Positions 48,276 through 59,539 of a stretch of DNA of 64,000 nucleotides are shown piece after piece (position 1 is the first letter of the stretch; each line of letters opens with the position of its first letter). Position numbers and translations under genes: made by a program. The notes below the pieces were generated by a model. It made no database searches and was not told where the DNA came from. It saw nothing but the letters and a program-made list of their open reading frames with translations. Source of the stretch: Mantamonas sphyraenae STR306. Its lineage: Eukaryota > Protista > CRuMs. The stretch lies in the NCBI GenBank assembly GCA_026936335.1, contig JAPMXV010000003.1:62001-126000 (forward strand), read 5' to 3'.

Positions 48276-51200
48276 TTACACGTCGCCTCCTCCGCTCGAC
48301 GCTTGGTACAGCGGGTTCACGCCAAAGCCGGCGTCCTCCTCAAACAGCGGGTTGGACACCATGAACGAGTCAAAGTCGGGCGACATGTCGTCCACGCTGG
48401 CCGAGGCGCCGCGGTTCTTCATCAGCTCCTTCAGGAAGTAGGAGAGGATGCCCACACCGCCAGCCGCACCTGCGACCACACCCACGGTGCTGCCGGTGCC
48501 GTTGTTGCCCGAAGTGGTGCAGTTTGTGCCGTTGGTGGCACTGCCGCCACACACGCCGCACGCATCGACCACCTTGCCCGAGTTGGGGATGCCGTCGCAG
48601 CCAGCGCACGTGCTGTTGTCTCCACCACACAGGCCGCACGCATCGTACACGGGCTTGTTGCCTGCGTTGGCGCCAGTGTACAGTTGGTTGTCGCAACCGC
48701 GGCATGTCGACGTGTCGCCGCCGCACACGCCGCATGCATCCACCACCTTGCCCGAGTTGGGCACACCGTCGCAACCTGCACACGTAGATCCAGTGCCATT
48801 GCACACTCCGCACGCGTCGTACTTCAGGTTCGATCCCATCACGCCGTCACAGCCGCGGCAAGACGACCCATCGCCGCCGCAGTCACCGCACGCATCCACC
48901 ACCTTGCCCGAGTTGGGCACACCGTCGCAGCCCACGCAGGCGTCCTTGCCGCCGCAGATGCCGCACTTGTCGTAGAACACGCACGAGTTGGGGATGCCGT
49001 TGCATGGCACGCACGACTTTCCGTCGCCGCCACACACGCCACAGGCATCCACCACCTTGTTCGAGTTGGGCACACCGTCGCAACCGGCGCACGTCGATCC
49101 GTCGCCGCCGCAGATGCCACATGCATCCACCACCTTGCCCGACGCGGGCACGCCGTCGCAGCCCTTGCATGTGCTGTCGTCACCACCGCACACACCGCAC
49201 TTGTCCAATCCCTTCCACAGAGCCGGGTTGGTGGAGCCTGGCGTGTTGGCGCAGTCCTTGCTGGCGTCGCACACGTCAAAGAAGCCCAGCGGGCCACAGC
49301 CGCCGGCGCAGTTGACCTTGGCCGGGCCGTTCAGCACGCCGTTGCAATCCAGACAGCTCTTGCCGTCGCCACCGCACACGTTGCACTGGTCAACGACCGC
49401 CGGGGTGCCAGGCGGTGCCACAGGGATACCGTCGCAGCCGCGGCACGTAGAGTTGTCGCCGCCGCACACGCCGCAGATGTCCACCTTCTTGTGGGAGTTG
49501 GGCACACCGTCGCAGCCCAAGCACGTCGAGTTGTCACCGCCACACTGGCAGCACTGGTCGTTGACCTTGCCAGAGTTGGGCACGCCATCGCAGCCCAGAC
49601 AGCTCTTGCCATCGCCGCCGCACACGCCGCACACATCGTTGACCTTCTGCGAGTTGGGACGTCCGTCGCAGCCCAGGCAGCTCTTGCCGTCGCCACCACA
49701 CACGCCGCACACATCCACAGTCTTGCCCGAGTTGATCACACCGTCACAACCCGTGCACGTGGTGTTGTCACCACCGCACACGCCGCAGGCATCGTAGGCC
49801 TTGGGCGAGGCGGGGGGCGGGTACAGAATGCCGTCGCAACCTGTGCAGGCCGAGTTGTCGCCACCGCACACGCCGCATTGGTCGTACACCTTCTTGTTGC
49901 CGCCAGGGTACAGCTGGCCGTCGCAGCCGCGGCACGAGGACGAGTCGCCGCCGCACACGCCACAGGCATCGTAAGCCTTGGGGGGCACGCCGTTGGCAGG
50001 CGGGTACAGGATACCGTCGCAACCCGTGCAGGTGGAGTCGTCACCGCCGCACACGCCGCAGTTGTCGTACTTCTTCACCGGCACGCCATTGGCAGGCGGG
50101 TACACGTTGCCATCGCAGCCTGTGCAGGCGCTGTTGTCGCCACCGCACACGCCGCAAGCGTCGTACACCTTCTTGTTGCCGTTGGGATAGAGCAGACCGT
50201 CGCAGCCAGTGCAGGTGGAGTTGTTGCCACCGCACACGCCGCAGAAGTCATACTTGGCCGGAGGCACGCCACCAGAGGGCGGGCGCACCACACCGTCGCA
50301 ACCGACGCAGCTCAGGCCGTCGCCGCCACAGATGCCGCACTGGTCGTACACCTTCTTGTTACCCTGAGGATAGGGAAGGCCGTCGCAGCCCACGCAGCTC
50401 TGGCCGTCGCCGCCGCAGATGCCACACTGATCCACCTTGGCGGGCTGGGCTGGCGGAGCCACCACAACGCCGTCGCAACCTGTGCAGGCGCTGTTGTCGC
50501 CTCCGCACACGCCGCAGGTGTCGTACACCTTCTTGTTGCCGTTGGGGTACAGCTTGCCGTCGCAGCCGCGGCAGGTCGAGTTGTCGCCCTGGCACACGCC
50601 GCAAGCGTCCTTCTTGGCCGGGATGCCCGGGGGAGGCACAAGCACACCGTCGCAGCCCGTGCAGGCAGTGTTGTCACCGCCGCACACGCCACACTGGTCG
50701 TTCACCTTCTTGCCGCCATGCGGGTACAGGAGGCCGTCGCAGCCCTTGCAAGTCGAGTTGTCGCCCTTGCACACGCCGCATCCGTCCTTCTTGGCCGGAA
50801 TGCCCGGAGGGGGCACCACAACGCCATCGCAACCTGTGCAGGCAGAGTTGTCGCCGCCGCACACGCCACACTGGTCGTACACCTTCTTGGGCACGCCGTT
50901 CTGAGGCGGGTATACAATGCCGTCGCAGCCCGTGCAAGATGAGTCGTCGCCCTTGCACACACCGCACTGGTCCTTCTTGGCCGGGGTACCCGGAGGGGGC
51001 ACAACAACGCCATCGCAGCCGGTGCAGGCAGAGTTGTCGCCGCCGCACACGCCGCACTGGTCGTACACCTTCTTGTTGCCGTTGGGGTACAACAGACCAT
51101 CGCAGCCGCGGCACGACGAGTCGTCGCCCTTGCACACGCCACATTGGTCCTTCTTGGCAGGGGTGCCCGGAGGAGGAACGACAACACCGTCGCAGCCTGT

Positions 51201-54200
51201 GCAGGACGAGTCATCGCCACCGCACACGCCACACTGGTCGTTCACCTTCTTGCCACCGTTGGGGTACAGCTTGCCGTCACATCCCTTGCAGGACGAGTCG
51301 TCACCACCGCACACGCCGCAGCCATCGACCTTGGTCGGCACACCCGGGGGCGGCACAACCTTGCCGTCGCAGCCCGTGCACGTGGAATCATCACCACCGC
51401 ACACGCCACACTGGTCGTACACCTTCTTGTTGCCGTTGGGGTACAGCTGACCGTCGCAGCCACGGCAGGAGGAGTCATCACCGCCGCAGACGCCGCACTG
51501 ATCCTTCTTGGCAGGGGTTCCCGGAGGGGGCACCACAACACCGTCGCAGCCAGTGCAGGTGCTGTTGTTGCCGTCGCACACGCCACAGGCGTCGTTCACC
51601 TTCTTGCCACCGTTGGGGTACAGCTTGCCGTCGCAGCCCTTGCAAGTCGAGTCGTCGCCGCCGCAGACGCCGCAGCCATCGACCTTCTTGCCGCTGTTGG
51701 GCACGTTGTCGCAACCGACGCACGCGTCGTTGCCACCGCACACGCCGCAGCGATCGTACTTCTTGCCCGAATGGGGCACACCGTCGCAACCGGCGCAAGT
51801 CTGTCCGTTGCCACCGCAAACGCCGCAGGCATCGTAGGACTTGGGTGTCGCAGGGGGCGGGTACACGTTGCCATCACAGCCGCGGCAGGTGGAGTCGTCA
51901 CCACCGCACACGCCACACTGGTCCTTCTTCGTCGGGGTTCCCGGAGGAGGCACAATGTTACCGTCGCAGCCCGTGCAGGCGCTGTTGTCGCCACCGCACA
52001 CGCCACACTGGTCGTACACCTTCTTGTTGCCGTTGGGGTACAGCTTGCCGTCGCAGCCGCGGCACGACGAGTCGTCACCGCCACACACGCCGCACTGGTC
52101 CTTCTTGGCAGGGGTTCCCGGAGGAGGCACGATCTTGCCGTCGCAGCCAGTGCAGGCGCTGTTGTCACCGCCGCACACGCCACACTGGTCCTTCTTGGTG
52201 GGAGTGCCAGGGGGCGGCACAATCTTGCCGTCGCAGCCCGTGCAGGCGCTGTTGTCACCGCCGCACACGCCACACTGGTCCTTCTTGGTGGGAGTGCCAG
52301 GGGGCGGCACAATCTTGCCGTCGCAGCCGGTGCAGGCAGAGTTGTCACCGCCGCACACGCCGCACTGGTCCTTCTTGGTGGGGTGACCCGGAGGGGGCAC
52401 CACCTTACCGTCGCAGCCCGTGCAGGACGAGTCATCGCCGCCGCACACGCCGCACTGATCCTTCTTGGCAGGAGTGCCCGGAGGGGGCACCACCTTGCCG
52501 TCGCAGCCCGTGCAGGTGCTGTTGTCGCCAGCACACACGCCGCAGGCGTCGTAGATCTTCTTGTTGCCGTTGGGGTACAGCTGACCGTCGCAGCCACGGC
52601 AGGACGAATCGTCACCGCCGCAGACACCGCACTGGTCCTTCTTGGCAGGAGTACCCGGAGGGGGCACAATCTTGCCGTCGCAGCCAGTGCAGGTGCTGTT
52701 GTCGCCCTTGCACACGCCGCAGGCGTCCACGTGGGGCACGCCACCGTTGGGGTACAGCTTGCCGTCGCAGCCCTTGCAAGTCGAGTCGTCACCGCCGCAG
52801 ACGCCGCAGCCATCGACCTTCTTGCCGCTGTTGGGCACACCGTCGCAACCGACGCAGGCGTCGGTGCCAGCGCACACGCCGCAGCGATCGTAGACCTTGC
52901 CGCTGTTGGGCACGCCGTCACAGCCAGCGCACACAGTGTTGTCGCCACCGCACACACCACATAGGTCGTACTTCTTGGGCGGCACACCGTCCTTGGGCGG
53001 GTACAGCTTGCCATCACAGCCCTTGCAGGACGTGTCGTCGCCACCGCAAACACCGCAGCCGTCGTAGATCTTCTTGGGCACTCCGTCCTTGGGCGGGTAC
53101 AGCTTGCCATCACAGCCACGGCACGAAGAGTCATCACCACCGCAGATACCGCACTGGTCGTTCACCTTCTTGCCGCCGTTGGGGTACAGCTTGCCGTCGC
53201 AGCCGCGGCACGACGAATCGTCACCGCCGCACACGCCGCACTGATCGTAGATCTTCTTGGGGATGCCGTCCTTGGGCGGGTACAGCTTGCCATCGCAGCC
53301 GCGGCACGACGAGTCATCGCCGCCACAGACACCGCACTGGTCGTACACCTTCTTGCCGCCGTTGGGGTACAGCTTGCCGTCGCAGCCACGGCACGACGAA
53401 TCGTCACCGCCGCACACGCCGCACTGGTCCTTCTTGGTCGGGGTTCCCGGAGGAGGCACAATCTTGCCGTCGCAGCCGGTGCACTTGCTGTTGTCGCCAC
53501 CGCACACACCGCACTGATCGTACGCCTTCGGGGTGGCCGGCGGGGGAGTGATCACGCCGTCGCAACCTGTGCACGACTTGTTGTCGCCACCGCACACGCC
53601 GCACTTGTCGTACACCTTCTTGGGGATGCCGTTCTCGGGCGGGTAGACCACGCCGTCGCAGCCCGTGCACGTGGAGTTGTTGCCACCGCACACGCCGCAG
53701 AGATCCTTCTTCTTGGGCGTGCCCGGGGGAGGCACAATGACGCCGTCGCAGCCTGTGCACGACTTGTTATCGCCGCCACACACGCCACACTTGTCGTTGA
53801 CGGGCTTGCCACCGTTCGGGTAGTGCTTGCCGTCGCAGCCCAGGCACGAGCTGCCGTCGCCGTTGCACACGCCGCACACGTCCAGAAACTCCGCCGAGAA
53901 GCGGATGTCATAGATCAGACAGCTCTTGACGTGCTCCACAATCGGGTACCTACCCGGAATGGACACCGGGTGCGGGCGCGGGCGCTCGTTGTGCTTGATC
54001 AGCACACCGCCTGCGGGCACCACGTACGAGAACTCGGCCTCGGCGTCGCCCGTGCCCACAAAGGTCTTGAGCAGGGAGCCCTTCTTGATCCCGTCCTTGC
54101 TGTTGACGTTGGAGTACAGGCTGATGGTGGAGCCCTTGTGCAACAGGAACGTCTTGAAGGTCAGCTTGACCTTGCACGCAGAGGGCTTCTTGCCAAAGTT

Positions 54201-55358
54201 GGGCACGACGCGGTAGCAATCGGGCTTCTTCTGGGAATCGAATGCCTTGATCCTGCCTGACTTGCTCATGAGGGTCTTGGTGACGACGCACGTGCGCTTC
54301 TTGCACACGTTCTTGCCACCGCAAACGCCGCACGAGTCCGTGGTCTGGATGTCGTAGTACAGATGGAACTTGGCCTTGGGCGACGGAGTGCCCTGATACT
54401 TGATGGTAATCGAGCGGTGCGTCGTGGAAAAGCCCTTCTTCAGGTCTGCGGGCGAGCTCTTATCGTCGTAGACGGCGAGTCGCTTGTAGACCAACATCTT
54501 CTGGGCCGGGCGGCCCACATGGTGGAACACAGTCACCGAGTCCTTGGTGCCAAAGTGCGCCGAGCCAATGCGAAAGTTGGTACGGCAGGCCTCGCCACCC
54601 AGGATCTTGATGTGCCAGCAATCGGCGCCGTTCTTCGGCTCGATTTTGCCCTTTCCGTTCTTCACGGTGATGAGCACGGGCTTCTTGCAGGCCACTGTGA
54701 GGGTAAAGACACCTGCTGTGTTAGACAGTGTGTGTGCGGTGCTTTTCCGGGTACGATGTACGGTTGCGCGTGTGTCGTACATGTGCACGCAGTGTGCTTG
54801 TGTGCGGCGCAGAAAAAAGGGGGATTGGCGGGGAGGGAAAAAAAATCTACTCACCGTTGGTGCTGGCAGTCTCCTCGTCGTAGACGACAACCTCCTCGTC
54901 ATCCGAGGTGGTCATCTGGTCGAGGTCGGACACAGTGTGCATGTCCGCGGAGTGGACCTGCTCATCGTAATGGTATTGGACCTTGTTCTCTGCTTCTTCA
55001 TGCAGAAGGGCGGCCACATCATGGGCCACATCAAAGTCGGCGTCGTCATCCACAAACGAGGGATGCGAGTCGCCTTCCTCCAAAAGGGGGGGATGCTCGA
55101 TGAAGATGGAATCATCATCACTGTGGAGGTGCGCGTGTCAGCCGTGTGTCGCTGCTACGGCCGGCCCCAGACCAGGCCGAGTCTACACCTTTTTTCGCGC
55201 AGCCATCCGCGCCTCTCAAACCCGCCGCGCGCTCGCCACCGGCATGCACACACACACACATTGGCACCAACGTACGCATCCAAGGTGCTTACTGCCACCA
55301 TGGCATTTGCCAGGAGCAGCAGCAACACCGTAAGCGATGTCCAGCTCTTGTTCGACAT
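48276..55358 (-). CDS. Large single-pass surface protein: signal peptide, acidic segment, two CUB-like domains, about 60 Cys-rich repeats, GxxxG TM and cytoplasmic NPLF/NPLY tail; introns 55121-55275 and 54713/54716-54854
   Basis: Signal peptide MSNKSWTSLTVLLLLLANAMVA; repeat DxCGVCGGDxSxCxGCDG; TM TVGVVAGAAGGVGILSYFL; tail SNPLFEEDAGFGVNPLYQ. Confidence 0.85.
48520..53885 (-). repeat. Coding tandem array of about 60 units of roughly 75-96 nt (four Cys per unit)
   Basis: Recurrent + strand motif ccgcacacgccgca...ccgtcgcagcc; near-identical 90-nt units around 52130-52400. Confidence 0.95.
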
Positions 55359-55638
55359 CGCACTCAGCTCAGAAATGTGCTTGGGTTTCGTCTTGCTTGT
55401 TTGCCTCAAAATCCAGCGGTTTTGCCGTAGAGAATTGGGGCAGCGTCAAGAGTGCAGAAGTTTCTGTGGATGAGTTGCTGAGGGGGGTGTGGGTTGGGCT
55501 AAATGTGGCCCGGGGTGTTGTTGTTTGGTTGTTTGGTTGGTGGCTGTTGCGCCGCCTTTGGCAACGCAACTCCACTCGCCCAGCGCACCCAATCGCAGTG
55601 TTTGCTCGACTTCCGCCCCTTGTACGCTCAGCCCAAGC

Positions 55639-57932
55639 ATGGACAAGCTTCGACGCAGACTGCAAGCTCTAAGCCGGCTGGACGGGGCTGGCCGCAGCCA
55701 AGAACGCACACTGGCTCTGTCGCAAGTGCTCGACGATGCAGACGCCCTTTACTATGGTCACGGCACGTCTCCTTTGTCCGATTTCGAGTACGACCAGCTG
55801 CTGCGAGAGTACGAAGAGTTGAGTGGAAAACCGCGGCTCGTGGTTGGCTCACCGACAGATCCAGGCCTGCAGGTATGGCCCCTTTTGCTGCGTGTTTGCG
55901 GATGGCACTTTGCCAGTGTCGTTTTCTTCTTACTGCGCCCCGCTCTCGCGTGTGTGGTATCGCCACGCCACAAGACTGACACACAGGCCCATAGACACAG
56001 AGACACGAGCCGCCGATGCTCTCGCTGCGCAACACGTACCTCCAGGACGAGCTGGTGGAGTTTGTGCAGCGAGTGCAAGCACAAACAAACGATGAGGAGC
56101 TGCCTTTGGTGGCAGAGCTAAAGTACGACGGCGTGGCACTTGCGCTAGACGTGGATGTGAGGTCGAGCCGAATCGTGCGCGCCGTCACACGCGGCAACGG
56201 AAGCGAAGGCGTGGACGTCACCGAGCGTGTGACGTCCCTGGTGACTCCTCTGGAGATAAAGGCACCCGGAGAGGCGGCAGTAGATGTGTTGCGCATGCGA
56301 GGGGAGCTTGTGCTTGCTCGCAAGCAGTACGCAACGCTGCAGGAACTGGGGGTTGTGCAACGCAGCACAGTGGGTGAACATGAGTACGTAGCCTCATCGC
56401 GCAACACAGTAGTGGGTGCACTGCATCGCAAGACCATGGACGAAGCGTTGGAAGGGCGGCTGGATTTTGTGGCGTACGCACTGATGGAAGCAGAGAGTAG
56501 GTGGAACGTGGGAAACCACACAGACGCCCTTAACCTCATGGATGACATGGGGCTGTGTACACCTGTGCGAAGTGAGCCCAGCCATGAGCTGCGACCTCTG
56601 TTGCGCTTTGTGTCGTCGTGGGCGAGCACAGACGCGCGTGAGGCATACAAGTACGAAACAGACGGTGTGGTACTCAAGGTCAATGCACTGGGGAGCCATG
56701 CAGGCCTGGGTCAAACAGCACGGGCACCCAATTGGGCGGTGGCGTTCAAGTATGCCCCAGCTGAGGCCGAAAGCGTGCTGGAGGAGGTGGAAATGCAGGT
56801 TGGACGCAGTGGTCGCGTGACACCTGTGGCTCGCGTGCGTCCTGTGCATGTGGGCGGTGCGCTGATCCAACGAGCCAGCCTGCACAACCACGGCCACTGG
56901 CGAGCGTTGAACATTCACCCGGGGGACAGGGTACGTGTGGTGCGAGCTGGTCAGGTCATTCCACAGGTGTTTGCCCTGGAAGATGGAGGCCATGCAGGTG
57001 GTTCTCCAGGTGCCCGCCATGTGCTGTTTGACCAGACGGATCGTTTCAAGGCGTGGCTGCACGAGCAACGATGTCCTTGCTCGCGACACGAACCACTCCA
57101 CTGGATCAACGACAGCGTGGACAAAGCCACCCTTGCTTGTCGCAGTGTGTGGTGTCCCGAGCAGCAGCAGGGCAGGCTGGTCCACTTTGCCAGCTCGCTG
57201 CTCGATCGATCGGCCGGCATGGGCCCAGCCCGCTGGAAGGCGCTGGTCGACGCGGGCCTCGTATGTACGTTTTCCCAGGTGGTCACTCTTCCGGAAGACG
57301 TGCCCCTGCAACGCACTATGGCCGAGCAGAGTGGCTTTGGGACACGCAGTGTGCAGAATCTGGTCGCCAGCGTGCTCCGTGGACGGGCACAGTGGACAGC
57401 AGCGCAACTCTTGGCTGCACTTGGCATTCCAGGGATCGGGTTGGAGACTGCGTGTGCTCTGGTGGGTCCACAGGCACCCTACGCGTCCATTGCGGCGCTC
57501 TGCAACGACCTGGACAGCATCGAGAGCCGCCAACAGGGCATTGGTCCCAAGCGTGCACAGGCGCTGCGTGATTTTCTGCTCACTGAAGAGTGTGCTGCCC
57601 TTCTAGAGCAGATGGCCGATGCGGGCGTGGCGTGCCTGGATCCGAACCTTGCGCCGGCCTTGGATGCACAAACGAATGGGGAGGAGGAGCAAGCGAATCA
57701 GAAATGGGTTGACAAGGTGGTGGTCATTACAGGCCGCTTCTCGCAGCCACGCGATGCCGTGAAAGCGGTGTGGAGACGTCGAGGTGCGCGCGTTGTCACC
57801 TCTGTCAGCTCCAACGTCGACGCCGTCATCTGCGGGGCCGACCCTGGAGCACGCAAGCTGGAGGCTGCTCGGGGGTTGGGTGTGCCTGTTGTGCTGTGGA
57901 ATGAGGATGAGGATGAGGATCTCGGGGAATGA
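55639..57932 (+). CDS. ligA: NAD+-dependent DNA ligase (LigA-type); intron 55873-55994
   Basis: Domain Ia YY..SDFEYD, HEPPMLSL, adenylation motif ELKYDG, TRGNG..G.DVT, DGVVLK, WAVAFKY, OB fold VGRSGRVTP/ASLHN/RAGQVIP, Zn finger, HhH (LGIPGIG, GIGPK) and BRCT (VVITG..SVS..K..A..LG). Confidence 0.93.
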
Positions 57933-57975
57933 ACGCTCCGCCAGAGCAGCCACGTGAAGATTCGATAACGCAGAC

Positions 57976-59483
57976 ATGAGTGACAAGCGTGATTTTGACA
58001 TTTTGGTGTGGGGTGCCACTGGGTAAGGATGGCTGAGGTGACGGGGGAAGCGAGCGCAATGTGTCTGCAGTGCAGCCGGTGCTGTTCCAGTGCGAGCGCG
58101 TCAAACACACAAATTCCGACCTTCCGGCTGGCTGACGCTGGGACACGCGCACAACACAGCATCACTGGAAAGATGGTCGTGGAGTATCTCCTGTCGCGAG
58201 TCGACCGCAACGAACAGCCCTGGGCCATGGCTGCACGCAACGAGAGCAAGCTGGCGGCTGTGAAGAAGGTGGGTCGAGTGTGCCCGTTTTGTTTTCGGAA
58301 CCCCAACACGGCTTGCCACCCGCGTGCCACCTCGGCTTCTCCTCACACCTATTTCCCTCTCTCTCCCTCACACCCGCAGGACCTGAGTGCCAAGTACCCG
58401 GATGTGGACAACGTGCCCCACCTCATCGGCAACAGCGAGAACCTGGAGGAGCTGACGGCCATGACGTCGCGTGCTCGCGCTGTGATTGCCTGCGTGGGCC
58501 CGTTTGCAAAGTACGGCGAGCCCATGGTGCAGGCATGCCTGGCCACGTCCACGCAGTACCTGGACATCACAGGCGAGCCGGCCTTCATCAAGATGCTGAC
58601 CGACAAGTACGACCAGGAGGCCTCGGAGAAGGGCGTTGTGGTGATGCCCTGCACAGGCATCGACTGCGTGCCTGCCGACACGGGCGTCATGTACAACCTG
58701 GCCCAGTTCAAGAAGAAGGACCCCGAGGCAGAGTTGGTGCAGGTGCAAACCATCGTGTCGGCCAAGAACCAGACCCTGAGCCATGGCACGTACCAAACCC
58801 TCATCGAGAGCTTCGCCAACTTTGGCAAGGCAGGCGGCAACAAGAAGAAGGGCGACAAGAAGAAAGCCAAGAAGGCCAAGAACCCCAACATCAAGCCGCT
58901 CAACCGAGGGATCCACTACAACAAGCTGGTCAAAGGCTGGGTCGTTCCCTTCCCCACCGCCGACCCGCACATTGTCCGCCTCACCGCCCAGCAAAGTGGC
59001 CACTACACCGACGACTTTCAGCACGGCCACTTCCTCAAGCTTTCCCTGTGGAACATGGTCCTGTTTGCCATCACGGGCCTCCTGTTCTCCATCCTCACAC
59101 GCTTCAGCTTCACCCGCAACCTGCTCAAGAAGTACAAGAAGAGCGGCGACGGCCCCTCGGTCGAACAGCGCAAGACGGCCAAGTTCCAGTTTACTGTGGT
59201 TGGCCATGGCTACGGCGACGGTGAAGCCGCAAAGAAACGAGGCAAGCTGGACACGGAGATCATCACCGAGATGAACCTCGGCGAATGCTATTTCGAAACC
59301 GCCATCCAGGCTGTGGAGTGCACCTTGCGCCTCCTTCGCGTCCAGGACGGCGAGGAGGTCAACTGGATCCCGGAAAAGAGCGTCGGCGTTGTCACGCCGG
59401 GCTCTTTCTTCGGGGACGATCTCGTGCAGGACCTTGTCAATGCCGGCCAGCAGTTCAAGGTCGTCAAGACGGGCTCTCTGTGA
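57976..59483 (+). CDS. SCCPDH: Saccharopine dehydrogenase-like oxidoreductase (SCCPDH-like); introns 58023-58159, 58269-58379
   Basis: FDILVWGATG|ITG Rossmann motif, AARNESKL, CVGPFAKYGEPMVQAC, YLDITGE, GIDCVPAD and GVVTPG. Confidence 0.88.
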
Positions 59484-59539
59484 TTCTGAGTTAAAGTGTG
59501 TGTGTGTGTGTTTGAATCAACGCTCCCATTCGACGCGCC

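Noticed and set aside
47928-53551. Long + strand ORFs (1004, 870 and 606 aa) opposite the Cys-repeat gene, and similar antisense ORFs over the LRR genes
   Set aside because: Shadow frames produced by GC-rich codon bias and repetition.
48520-53885. Regular repeats with variable spacers resembling a CRISPR array or satellite
   Set aside because: The repeats keep one reading frame, vary at synonymous positions and encode a Cys-rich protein; there are no cas genes and the context is eukaryotic.
55639-57932. Bacterial contamination or an endogenous viral insert at ligA
   Set aside because: It carries a spliceosomal intron, has similar composition to its neighbours, and has no adjacent viral or mobile genes.
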